From assembly GCA_028718745.1 (NCBI GenBank), contig JAQULF010000002.1, positions 11,628 to 75,627 on the forward strand: a stretch of 64,000 bases of DNA, given 5' to 3'. Both the position numbers and the translations under genes were made by a program. This document shows, one piece after another, positions 26,966 to 36,122 of the stretch. How positions within the stretch are numbered: position 1 is the stretch's first letter; each line of letters starts with the position of its first letter. Under the pieces are notes generated by a model. The model was not told the origin of the DNA and did not search any database. It was given only the letters and a program-made list of their open reading frames with translations. The stretch comes from Patescibacteria group bacterium (GTDB lineage: Bacteria; Patescibacteriota; JACPGU01).

Positions 26966-29077
26966 TTATATATCTAGATTTTTAACACTCTTCGCATGCG
27001 CTTGGATGAACCGTTTGCGAGGGGGTACTTCGTCCCCCATCAAAGTTGAGAAAACTTCGTCTGCTTTGGCTGCATCATCAACTGATACACGAAGAAGAAT
27101 TCTGTTTTTTGGTTCCATGGTGGTTTCCCATAATTGTTCTGGGTTCATTTCACCCAAACCTTTGTAGCGCTGAATATTAATCTTTGGACCCTTTTTCTTA
27201 TCTTCAACAACTTCTTCGCCTTCTTCTGATTCCGAAACTTCAACAACCTCTTCGGGCTGAAGATCTTCAGCCCCTACGGACTCATCTTCTTTCTTCCCTT
27301 TTTTATCCTTTGCTTCAGCCTCCGCCTTTTCTAACATTTCAGCAACAATTTGTTCTTTCTCATCATCAGCATAGGCATATTTGGATTCTTTTCCTTTTGT
27401 GATTTTGTAAAGTGGTGGTTGAGCGATATAAACATGTCCGTCATTTACCAATGATGTCATATGGCGGAAGAAAAATGTCAAAAGTAATGAACGAATGTGC
27501 GCTCCATCAACATCGGCATCTGTCATGATAATAATTCGATCATAGCGAAGACGGGAATCATCGTATGTATCTCCTATTCCAACTCCTAAAGCAACGATCA
27601 AGGCGCGAATTTCAGTAGAAGCTAGCATGCGATCAAGTCTTGCGCGTTCTACATTTAAGATTTTTCCACGAAGCGGAAGTATGGCTTGAAAATTTCTGTC
27701 TCTTCCTTGTTTTGCCGAACCGCCAGCCGAGTCTCCCTCTACTATATATAGTTCGCATTCTTCCGCTTTCTTTGATGAACAGTCAGCCAGTTTTCCCGGA
27801 AGCGTCATACCTTCCAGAGCGCCCTTTCGTATAACAGTATCGCGAGCTGCTTTTGCAGCAAGTCTTGCCCGAGCCGCCAAGACATTTTTCTCAATCATTT
27901 TCTTTGCTTCAGCAGGATTTTCTTCTAAATATATCGTAAGCCCTTCGGCAACAACGCTATCAACTGCCGTGCGAGCCTCCGGATTTCCCAATTTTGCTTT
28001 GGTCTGACCTTCAAATTGTGGCGAAGGAAGTTTGATTGATAGAATAGCTGTCAATCCTTCTCTCACATCATCACCGGAAAGGTTGTCATCATTATCTTTT
28101 AGCAATCCCGCTTTCCTAGCGTAATCGTTGAGAGCACGAGTTAGCGCAGTTCGAAAACCGGTCAGATGCATACCGCCATCCGGAGTGTAGATGTTATTCG
28201 CAAACGAGAGAACATTCTCATTAAAAGCATCCGTATATTGAATAGCTACTTCTATGGTCATAGCATCCACAGCTTTGATGACATAAAATGGTGGATAATT
28301 TAGCTGATCCTTATTCTTATTGATATGTAAAACATAAGAGGAAACACCGCCTTCGAAATAGTAAGTTTCTTTTTTCTTGGGGTATTTAACTTTGCCTTTT
28401 TTACCAAATTCATCCTCATTTTCAGATTCAACCTCTTCTCTTAAATCTACGACCGTAATATTTAACCCTCTATTTAAGTAGGCAGTTTGACGACAATGTT
28501 CAGAGATTGTTTTAAAAGAGAATTTGGTCGTTTCAAATATAGAAGTGTCGGGCTGAAAAATAATTTTGGTTCCGGTGCCGGTAGCCTTACCTTCTTCTTT
28601 TAATTTCCCAGTCGCATGACCGACTTTGTATTCTTGACTATAAAGTTTACCATCTACTTTTACTTCTGCTCGAAGGTAAGTTGACAATGCGTTTACCACA
28701 GAAACACCCACACCATGAAGACCTCCGGAAACTTTATACCCTTCGCCACCAAATTTCCCTCCGGCGTGAAGAACGGTTAATACAGTTTCCAAAGCTGATT
28801 TGCCAGTTACTTTGTGTTTCCCAATTGGAATACCGCGACCATTGTCAGTAACCGCAACCCTATCATTCGGTAAAACTTCAACCAAAACTTCGGTGGCGAA
28901 TCCCGCCATCGCTTCATCCACTGCATTGTCCAAAACTTCCCACACCATGTGATGAAGGCCGGCAATACCGGTAGAACCGATATACATTCCAGGACGCAAT
29001 CGAACCGGCTCCAAGCCTTCCAAAACTTGGATTGATTCAGCGGTATATTTTTTAGAAGCTTCCTTAGCGCTAGCCAT
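26966..29077 (-). CDS. gyrB: DNA gyrase subunit B
   Basis: 703 aa. GHKL ATPase 'VLEVLDNAVDEAMAG', Toprim 'ELYIVEGDSAGGSAKQGRDR', and an acidic insertion near the C-terminus. Confidence 0.95.
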   Translation of the reverse strand: MASAKEASKKYTAESIQVLEGLEPVRLRPGMYIGSTGIAGLHHMVWEVLDNAVDEAMAGFATEVLVEVLPNDRVAVTDNGRGIPIGKHKVTGKSALETVLTVLHAGGKFGGEGYKVSGGLHGVGVSVVNALSTYLRAEVKVDGKLYSQEYKVGHATGKLKEEGKATGTGTKIIFQPDTSIFETTKFSFKTISEHCRQTAYLNRGLNITVVDLREEVESENEDEFGKKGKVKYPKKKETYYFEGGVSSYVLHINKNKDQLNYPPFYVIKAVDAMTIEVAIQYTDAFNENVLSFANNIYTPDGGMHLTGFRTALTRALNDYARKAGLLKDNDDNLSGDDVREGLTAILSIKLPSPQFEGQTKAKLGNPEARTAVDSVVAEGLTIYLEENPAEAKKMIEKNVLAARARLAAKAARDTVIRKGALEGMTLPGKLADCSSKKAEECELYIVEGDSAGGSAKQGRDRNFQAILPLRGKILNVERARLDRMLASTEIRALIVALGVGIGDTYDDSRLRYDRIIIMTDADVDGAHIRSLLLTFFFRHMTSLVNDGHVYIAQPPLYKITKGKESKYAYADDEKEQIVAEMLEKAEAEAKDKKGKKEDESVGAEDLQPEEVVEVSESEEGEEVVEDKKKGPKINIQRYKGLGEMNPEQLWETTMEPKNRILLRVSVDDAAKADEVFSTLMGDEVPPRKRFIQAHAKSVKNLDI

Positions 29078-29227
29078 AATTTAAAATATTCTATTATTTC
29101 TAATAATTTACCAAAGAAAAATAACGAGGTTTATAAAACCTATTACTTATCTAGTATACTCCAAAACACCTTCCAAAGCAATAAAAAAATAGCCTCTCTA
29201 ATAAGCTAATAAGCTACAAGCTACAAG

Positions 29228-30235
29228 CTAATTTTCAACAATAACCGGCATCCCCACTTCCGCCCAATCATATAAAAGTTTGGAATTTTCTAGAGAAACC
29301 CTGATACACCCATGGGAAACCTTGGTTCCCAGATGACCTTCCCCCTCATAAATCCTTCCGCCATTTTTTGCCGGCCAATAAGGAAGAGAATGAATGCCAA
29401 TAGCTCCTCCAGGCGTAATTGCCATCCAATTATCCATATAAAGCTCATACTCCGGACTGTATTGAACCGGAAATTGATTTTGAATGGCAAAAGTTCCTGT
29501 CGGTGTATCCATCCCCGGTCTGCCGGTAGAAGTCAAGAAGTCATATTTAACCAAACCATTTTCATAAACATAAAGATGCTGTTCTTCTAATTTTATCTTG
29601 ATATATTTTACCGGCCCGCCACTCAAAGAAAGATTGAGCTTTTCGTCCGGTTTATTGGGATCCCTTACTTCTATATCCCAATAAATGCCCTTGTCTTCCA
29701 GCCATTTTAGATTTTCCATAATAGGAGAAAAGAATTCTCTATAAATTCCGCTTTTATTTGGAGCGGTGAGACTAAAGATAAAATTAACTGTCTCTCCCGG
29801 CTTAACTATTTTCTTATCCATCATAATTCTATTTCCCGAAAGCCAACCCCGATTGCCAGCACTGTAAAAAACCGTATCTCTATCTATAGGGCGACTGGTA
29901 CCAAGATAAACAGGATTATCTCCGGCACTCTCCCAAGCTCGATTGCCGGTATTTCTAATTTTCAAAGCCAATGTGGTTTTTCCTCCTACTTTCAATTTGG
30001 GATCCTGGCTTTTGTCTACCACATCATATGTATAAACCGGTTCTGCGGAAATAAAAATAGGCGCGCTCTTGTCTGCTTCTTGGGTTTTGACCGCACTAAC
30101 AGCCTTGGCCGTATCTTGATTCTTCACAGCCCCAATACTATTGCTTTGCAGAAGAAAAACACCGCTTATAGCAATGATAAAAAAGGCATATGCGATAACT
30201 ACCAAATTACTTTTTTTTATTTGAATATTCGCCAT
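29228..30235 (-). CDS. L,D-transpeptidase (YkuD family)
   Basis: 335 aa with an N-terminal TM helix. Catalytic motif 'GTKVSHGCIRVSLENSKLLYDW'. Confidence 0.8.
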   Translation of the reverse strand: MANIQIKKSNLVVIAYAFFIIAISGVFLLQSNSIGAVKNQDTAKAVSAVKTQEADKSAPIFISAEPVYTYDVVDKSQDPKLKVGGKTTLALKIRNTGNRAWESAGDNPVYLGTSRPIDRDTVFYSAGNRGWLSGNRIMMDKKIVKPGETVNFIFSLTAPNKSGIYREFFSPIMENLKWLEDKGIYWDIEVRDPNKPDEKLNLSLSGGPVKYIKIKLEEQHLYVYENGLVKYDFLTSTGRPGMDTPTGTFAIQNQFPVQYSPEYELYMDNWMAITPGGAIGIHSLPYWPAKNGGRIYEGEGHLGTKVSHGCIRVSLENSKLLYDWAEVGMPVIVEN

Positions 30236-30245
30236 CTTAATTATT

Positions 30246-31931
30246 TTAACTGCCTTGATAATTTTTCAAAAACTGGAGGTGAGATTTTTTTATTAGCTTC
30301 AAATCTTTTTTCTTGCTACCCACATCTTCTAGCATTGAAGCGACATAAACTCCTGTCAGATGATGAGGTAAGATCACATAATCCGCACCTGTCTTATATA
30401 AATAAATCGCATCGCTAGCATGGTCTGCCATAGCAATTATTTTTGCTCTTTTATTTTGAGCTCTAACTTTTTTAATTAAAAATGCGTTGCTCTTTTTGCC
30501 GGGAAAAGTTGTTACAATCATTTTGGCTTTACCGATATTTAATTTTTCTAAAAGCAATGGGTCATAAGCGTCTCCATAAACGCAATATTTGCCACGACAG
30601 TTAAGATCATAAACTACATCCGGATCTATATCTACTACTATAATCTTTTTGCTGATTTTTTCCAACGATTTAAATATCTGTTTGCCCAAACGATGATAAC
30701 CAAAAAGAATAATATGATCTTTTAACAGCGGGATTTTTTTCTTTTTTTCTTTAACCTGATTCATTTCAAATAAAGAAAGTGGTTTTTGAATTAAATTATA
30801 GATATGTCCCAAAAAATTTATGAAATATGTGGAAGTTAGTATCGTTATTATCGTTATCAAAATAATCATTGAAACAATGCCTTTGTCCAAATGACCGATT
30901 GAAAGTCCCAGCGCCGCAATGATTAAGGAAAATTCACTTACTTGGGAAAGTGAAACAGCGGTATAAAAACTGGTTCTTTTCGTAAAACCGAAAGCCCCCA
31001 TGGAAATTAAAATTATCAAGGTTTTGATGATAATAACAAATAAAACTAGAGCCACCAGAGGAAAGATGAACCCGGAGATTCCGCTCCAATCAATCTGCAT
31101 TCCTAGCGTTATAAAAAATAAGATCAAAAAGAAATCTCTCAAAGGAGAAAGTCTTAATGTAATTTCATCGCTGTAAGGGAGACTGGCTAGTGTTAGCCCG
31201 GCTATAAAAGCGCCCATTTCTATAGAAAATCCCAGCATGAATGCCCCCCCTGCTACCGCAAAACACCAAGCTATCGATGCCAGAAAAAGTAACTCTGGAG
31301 AGTGGGCTAAATAATTAAAAACTTTTTTGATCAATAGAATGCTTATTAAATAAGCAATTAAAAAGAGCAAGACGGCTTTGATTAAAATGCTGGCAAAAAG
31401 TATCCATGACAATACTTCTCCGCTTTTGACTCCGCCTAAAAACACCAAGACAAAAAGAGCTGCTATATCTTGTAAAACCAAAATTCCTACTACCATTTTT
31501 CCGTAAAGACTGGTGATAGCCTTTTTCTCGCTCAAAAGATTAACCACTATAACAGTACTGCTAAAAGAGAGTACTATTCCTATATATATACTAACAATAT
31601 CACTGAAACCCAGCAGTCTTGAAAGAACATATCCTCCCAAGGCCGTTAACACTATCTGAATAATTCCCAGGAAAATTGTTTTTTTGCCAAGTTCGGCCAG
31701 TTTTTCCGTATTTAACTCCATTCCCACTATAAATAAAAGAAAGGCTATGCCAATAGTAGAAAAAAGAGAAACCATCTCTCGGCCTTCAATGAATCCAAAA
31801 ATAGAAGGCCCCAAAATAAAGCCTGTAATTATATAGGCTATTACAAGAGGTTGTTTCAACAATCTGGCAACTATGCCAAAAACAGCGGCAATAAATATCT
31901 CAAATCCTAATTCTACAAAAATTCTTTCCAT
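30246..31931 (-). CDS. Cation:proton antiporter (CPA2/Kef-type) with C-terminal RCK/TrkA-N domain
   Basis: 561 aa. Multipass Na_H exchanger region plus Rossmann 'IILFGYHRLGKQIFKSL...VVDIDPD'. Confidence 0.8.
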   Translation of the reverse strand: MERIFVELGFEIFIAAVFGIVARLLKQPLVIAYIITGFILGPSIFGFIEGREMVSLFSTIGIAFLLFIVGMELNTEKLAELGKKTIFLGIIQIVLTALGGYVLSRLLGFSDIVSIYIGIVLSFSSTVIVVNLLSEKKAITSLYGKMVVGILVLQDIAALFVLVFLGGVKSGEVLSWILFASILIKAVLLFLIAYLISILLIKKVFNYLAHSPELLFLASIAWCFAVAGGAFMLGFSIEMGAFIAGLTLASLPYSDEITLRLSPLRDFFLILFFITLGMQIDWSGISGFIFPLVALVLFVIIIKTLIILISMGAFGFTKRTSFYTAVSLSQVSEFSLIIAALGLSIGHLDKGIVSMIILITIITILTSTYFINFLGHIYNLIQKPLSLFEMNQVKEKKKKIPLLKDHIILFGYHRLGKQIFKSLEKISKKIIVVDIDPDVVYDLNCRGKYCVYGDAYDPLLLEKLNIGKAKMIVTTFPGKKSNAFLIKKVRAQNKRAKIIAMADHASDAIYLYKTGADYVILPHHLTGVYVASMLEDVGSKKKDLKLIKKSHLQFLKNYQGS

Positions 31932-32046
31932 AAAAACTTTTTATTTTTATCTAAGTATTTTAGCCTATCCAAATAATATCACACCCCATTAATCCTGTAA
32001 AATAAAAAAGGTTTTGACTTTGTTGAAAATATAGTAAAATGGGTTC

Positions 32047-32481
32047 ATGGAAAAGGAAACCCTCAAAAAAATCAAAAAGAAGCTGGAAGCCGAAAAAACC
32101 AGGATCGAAGAAGAACTCGGTAATATAGCCAAGAAAAAAGGTAAAAAGTTTACCCCTGTTTATCCTGAATATGGAAGCAGAGACGAGGAGAATGCCGCTG
32201 AAGTGGAAGAATATGAAATCCATCTGGCTCTCGATAAAAATCTGGAGAAACTTTTGGGGAATGTTATAAAATCTTTGGCTAAGATAGAGCAAGGAACCTA
32301 TGGAAAATGCGAGAATTGCGGTCTTGAAATATCTAAAGAGAGATTGGAGGCTTTTCCTTCGGCTAATTTCTGTATAACCTGCCAATCAAAAAAAGATAAT
32401 CTGATAACCAAGTTCTTTTCACGCCTTCGACCGCATAAAAATGTCCGCCAACCAAAAGACAAAAAAACAAGAAGGCAATAA
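32047..32481 (+). CDS. TraR/DksA family C4 zinc-finger protein
   Basis: 144 aa. Coiled-coil N-terminus and 'CENCGLEISKERLEAFPSANFCITC'. Confidence 0.75.
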   Translation: MEKETLKKIKKKLEAEKTRIEEELGNIAKKKGKKFTPVYPEYGSRDEENAAEVEEYEIHLALDKNLEKLLGNVIKSLAKIEQGTYGKCENCGLEISKERLEAFPSANFCITCQSKKDNLITKFFSRLRPHKNVRQPKDKKTRRQ

Positions 32482-32570
32482 AGCAAGAAAGCAAGAAAAA
32501 AGTCAGGAGAGATCCTGGCTTTTGTTTTCGAGAAAAATATGATAAGATAAAAAATGATTTTGTACATACC

Positions 32571-32641
32571 TGCGGGATCGTCTAGCGGTAGGACACCGCC
32601 CTTTGAAGGCGGGTACCTTGGTTCGAATCCAAGTCCCGCAG
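32571..32641 (+). tRNA. tRNA-Gln (anticodon UUG)
   Basis: UGCGGGAUCGUCUAGCGGUAGGACACCGCC-CUUUGAA-GGCGG...CUUGGUUCGAAUCCAAGUCCCGCAG. Has a U1:A72 pair and the 3-bp D-stem typical of bacterial tRNA-Gln. Confidence 0.85.
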
Positions 32642-32673
32642 GCATGTACAAAATTTTATTATAGATAATATAA

Positions 32674-33213
32674 ATGAAACTTCTCCTCCATACTTGTTGC
32701 GCGCCGTGTTCGGCTTTTGTTTTAGAACTTCTAAAAAAATATGAGGTTTCTGTTTTTTATTATAATCCCAATATAGATACGAAAGAAGAATATGAGAGAA
32801 GAAAAAGTGAATGCCAAAGATATTGTGAAAAGAACAAAATTCCTTTCATCGAGATGGAATATGCGCCCCAAGAGTGGGAGTTATATATAGAAGGACTTGA
32901 GAGTGAACCCGAAGGAGGCAGTCGATGCGCAAAGTGTTTTGAATTAAGATTGGCCAAAACCGCTGAATTTGCAAAAAAGAATGATTTTAACTTTTTTGCC
33001 ACTACCCTATCCATTAGTCCGCATAAAAATTCCGGAGTAATTAATGAGATTGGAACTAAAACAGCAGCTAAGATAGATCTAACATTTCTCGAATCAGATT
33101 GGAAAAAAGAAGATGGCTACAAAAAGTCCTGCGAGATAAGTAAGAAAGAAGGATTTTATCGGCAAAACTACTGCGGATGCCAATATTCCAAGTCGCATCT
33201 TTCTAAAACTTAA
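32674..33213 (+). CDS. queH: Epoxyqueuosine reductase QueH (DUF208)
   Basis: 179 aa. N-terminal 'LLLHTCCAPCS' plus a C-terminal Cys cluster. Confidence 0.75.
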   Translation: MKLLLHTCCAPCSAFVLELLKKYEVSVFYYNPNIDTKEEYERRKSECQRYCEKNKIPFIEMEYAPQEWELYIEGLESEPEGGSRCAKCFELRLAKTAEFAKKNDFNFFATTLSISPHKNSGVINEIGTKTAAKIDLTFLESDWKKEDGYKKSCEISKKEGFYRQNYCGCQYSKSHLSKT

Positions 33214-33278
33214 TAGCCTTGAAAAGAAACTGTCAAAGTAGTAAAATATAGTTTATCAGTAATAAAAACAATAAAAAT

Positions 33279-34019
33279 ATGAAAAATCTCAAAACCTTTT
33301 TACCGGTCATTATTTTCTTGGTCGTAATTATAGTGGTAGGCGTTGTAGTATTTTTTATTAGCGATGGCAAAACCTCTTCATTGGCTTCCGGGAATCAAAA
33401 TGGACAAAGCGCGACAGACCAATCATCAAAAGAAAATAGCGACCCAATAGAAAATATCGATCAGAAATGGTCAAAGGGAAATTCTAAAGCAAAAGTTCAG
33501 ATTACTGAATTTAGCGACTTCCAGTGCCCTTATTGTCAAAAAGGAGCTGATACCATAGCAACTGTTTTTGAGAAATATAAAGATCAGATCAATGTTACTT
33601 TTTCTAATTTTCCTTTAACCAGTATCCACCCTTTTGCGCTTCGCGCAGCCGAAGCAGCTGAAGCAGCCGGATATCAAGGAAAATTTTGGGAGATGCACGA
33701 TCTATTATTTGCAAATCAAAAAAATCTTACCGATAGCGACCTAGAGTCCTATGCTAAAAAACTTGGTTTGGATATGACAAAGTTTGATAGTTATTTTAAC
33801 AATAAAAACATTGAGTCAAAAATTACTAAACAAGAAGCAGACGCTACAGTAACTGAATATGATGAGTTGGCTCTAGATGCTTCAAAAAAAGTAATTGTGA
33901 AGGGTAAGGCAAAAATAGAAGGGACTCCAGCATTCTTAATAAATGGAAAACTGATTGTAGGAGCCTATCCTCCCGAAGACTTTGAGATATTCATCAAATA
34001 CTTTCTAGCGCAAAAATAG
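33279..34019 (+). CDS. DsbA-family thiol:disulfide oxidoreductase (membrane-anchored)
   Basis: 246 aa with an N-terminal TM helix. Thioredoxin fold with 'FSDFQCPYCQKG'. Confidence 0.8.
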   Translation: MKNLKTFLPVIIFLVVIIVVGVVVFFISDGKTSSLASGNQNGQSATDQSSKENSDPIENIDQKWSKGNSKAKVQITEFSDFQCPYCQKGADTIATVFEKYKDQINVTFSNFPLTSIHPFALRAAEAAEAAGYQGKFWEMHDLLFANQKNLTDSDLESYAKKLGLDMTKFDSYFNNKNIESKITKQEADATVTEYDELALDASKKVIVKGKAKIEGTPAFLINGKLIVGAYPPEDFEIFIKYFLAQK

Positions 34020-34026
34020 ATTTTCA

Positions 34027-34060
34027 AAAAAGCCTCCAAATAAAGGGGGCTTTTTTGAAA
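34027..34060 (+). terminator. Intrinsic terminator after the dsbA-like gene
   Basis: aaaaaagcc-tccaaataaaggg-ggctttttt. Confidence 0.5.
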
Positions 34061-34077
34061 CTGTAATAAGCCAAAAA

Positions 34078-34107
34078 TTGACTTTTTGTCTATAAGTGTT
34101 ATATAAT
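34078..34107 (+). promoter_or_regulatory. Sigma70-like promoter of rnpB
   Basis: -35 TTGACT (34078-34083), a 18-nt spacer, and -10 TATAAT (34102-34107). The RNase P RNA 5' G is about 4 nt downstream. Confidence 0.5.
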
Positions 34108-34111
34108 ATAT

Positions 34112-34540
34112 GCGGGTATAAGTAATTCGGACAATCGCTTCAACTTAATTGTTGGGGAGGAAAGTCCGGGCACCTCAAGAGCATGGTGATGGCTAACGGC
34201 CACCTGATATAAATACTGGAAGTATTTCCCCCGGGAAAAATCTTTTCAGCATGAAATCAAGGGAATAGTGCCACAGAAACTACCGCTTCCGCAAGGGAGA
34301 ATGAAAAGTTGGGAGCAAAATCCCATTTACTTTGATGGTGACATCAAAGACGGCAAACCCCACCCGGTGCAAGAAAGGGAAAGTTTTTTATAGTTAATAG
34401 CGCTCTTGCTAGACTATAAAAGATCCTTTCGCTAAAGTTCAATAGCAATGTTGAAACGAGATAGATGATTGTCTGTTGGATGCAAATCCAACAACAGAAC
34501 CCGGCTTATAGAATTGCTTATACCCCGCCTTCGGGCGAAA
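34112..34540 (+). ncRNA. rnpB: RNase P RNA (bacterial type A)
   Basis: Universally conserved P4 strand 'GGAAAGTCCGGGC' at about 34150. P1 pairs gcgggtataag (5') with cttatacccgc (3'). Internal 'ACAGAACCCGGCTTA' resembles the conserved 3' region. Ends in a GC hairpin with a UUCG loop. Confidence 0.85.
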
Positions 34541-34583
34541 AGTAGCAAGTAGTTGGCAGCATGTATTATGGAAAACTTCATGC

Positions 34584-34625
34584 TTACTACATACTACTTA
34601 CTACATACTACTTACTACATACTAC
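34584..34625. repeat. Perfect 3 x 14-nt tandem repeat (ttactacatactac) at the 5' end of the priming glycosyltransferase gene
   Basis: Units at 34584-34597, 34598-34611 and 34612-34625. The unit length is not divisible by 3. It lies upstream of the likely true start codon (Met at 34633). Confidence 0.8.
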
Positions 34626-34632
34626 TTCCCAA

Positions 34633-36081
34633 ATGAAGCGTTCCGAACTCTTTTTCACAACTATATTAATCCCCCTCGACTTATTATCAGCTGTCTTAGG
34701 TTTTATGGCGGCTTATTATATTCGAAAACATATCGATCCATTTGGAATAATCTATATACCTCCGCTAAGAGAATATCTACAATATCTTTACTACTTCTTG
34801 CCTGCCTGGCTTTTAGTTTTTTCTTTTTTCGGTTTATATAATGTCAAAACTAATCGCAAATTTGCTCCAATCTTTTACAGAATTATAATCGCGACACCAA
34901 CGGCTCTGATGCTTTTTGTTACTACAATGTTTTTTATTAAAGATTCTTTCTTCTCTCGTTTGATCATACTTTATTCTCTTGGTCTAATAATTTTTGCGAC
35001 TACATTTTTCCGATTAATAATCTTTTTGATTCGTCGCTTCCTTTTCCGTTTTGGAATCGGCATCAAAAGAGTTTTAATTATTGGAACAAATAAAACTTCA
35101 AAAGAAATTATCAAAGATATCGAGAGGCATCCAGGCAGAGGTTTGCGAATTATTGGAATTGTAAAAGTTAATGGCAACATGGAAGCTTTCGATCAAATTC
35201 GTTCAGAAATTGTTGGTTTTATTAATGAACTCGGAAGCATCGTTACAAAATTAAAGCCGGATGAAATTATTCAAACAGAGCCTTTTGGACCACAAGAAAA
35301 TTTGAATATCATTCATCTATGTGAAGATAAAAAAATTACCTTCCGCTATGTACCCTCAATGTTTGCGCTTTATTCAAAAAACAATGACGCGGATACGCTC
35401 GGCAAGATTCCGGTTTTTGAAATTAAGCGCAGCAATCTGGATGGCTGGGGAAGAATTATAAAAAGAGCTATGGATATTACCGGAGCTTTGGTTGGGATAA
35501 CCCTTTCTTTACCGATACAATCTGTCGTCGCTTTAATAATGAAAATCACTGATCCTGGTCCAGTCTTTTTTCTTCAGGAAAGAGTCGGGAGAGATGGTTA
35601 TTTTAATCTGATAAAATTTCGAACTATGAAGTTAACTTTTTGTACCGGCGCAAGATATGGCGGAGAAGCAGCGGCAAAACTTCGCGCTGAATTGGTTCGA
35701 ACAAAAAATGAAGTTAGTGGCCCTATGTTTAAAATCAAAGATGATCCCAGAGTTTCAAAAATTGGAAAGTTTCTACGCAAAACTTCACTGGATGAAGTTC
35801 CTCAATTTTACAATATTTTGAAAGGAGATATGAGCTTGGTTGGCCCTCGCCCACCTTTGCAATCGGAAGTCTCTAAATATACGAGGGAAGAAATGAAAAG
35901 AATTGTCGGTGTTAAACCGGGTTTAACCGGACTTTGGCAAGTTTCTGGCCGATCCGATGTTCAATTTGAAGAGTGGGTAGAGCTGGATAAATACTACATT
36001 GAAAATTGGTCTTTATTTCTAGATATAATTATAATTCTCAAAACTATTTGGGTGGTAACATTCGGAAAAGGTGCCTATTAA
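34633..36081 (+). CDS. Undecaprenyl-phosphate sugar-1-phosphate transferase (bacterial sugar transferase, WbaP/PssY-like priming enzyme)
   Basis: The track ORF starts at 34561 but its first 24 residues are encoded by the tandem repeat, so the likely start is MKRSELFF at 34633. Has 4-5 TM helices, a Rossmann-like linker and a C-terminal 'KFLRKTSLDEVPQFYNILKGDMSLVGPRP'. Confidence 0.85.
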   Translation: MKRSELFFTTILIPLDLLSAVLGFMAAYYIRKHIDPFGIIYIPPLREYLQYLYYFLPAWLLVFSFFGLYNVKTNRKFAPIFYRIIIATPTALMLFVTTMFFIKDSFFSRLIILYSLGLIIFATTFFRLIIFLIRRFLFRFGIGIKRVLIIGTNKTSKEIIKDIERHPGRGLRIIGIVKVNGNMEAFDQIRSEIVGFINELGSIVTKLKPDEIIQTEPFGPQENLNIIHLCEDKKITFRYVPSMFALYSKNNDADTLGKIPVFEIKRSNLDGWGRIIKRAMDITGALVGITLSLPIQSVVALIMKITDPGPVFFLQERVGRDGYFNLIKFRTMKLTFCTGARYGGEAAAKLRAELVRTKNEVSGPMFKIKDDPRVSKIGKFLRKTSLDEVPQFYNILKGDMSLVGPRPPLQSEVSKYTREEMKRIVGVKPGLTGLWQVSGRSDVQFEEWVELDKYYIENWSLFLDIIIILKTIWVVTFGKGAY

Positions 36082-36122
36082 TTTTATTTGGCAAAAGAGC
36101 TCTTTTTTGCTATAATTGAGCT

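Noticed and set aside
29195-29232. Short tandem repeats taagcta x2 / caagcta x2 downstream of the L,D-transpeptidase gene
   Set aside because: There are only two or three copies of a 7-mer in an AT-rich intergenic region. That is too short to argue for function, though it is noted as a possible slippage site.
31960-32385. 141-aa minus-strand ORF overlapping the TraR/DksA gene
   Set aside because: The plus-strand frame has a clear C4 zinc-finger TraR/DksA signature. The minus-strand ORF has no features and overlaps it almost entirely.
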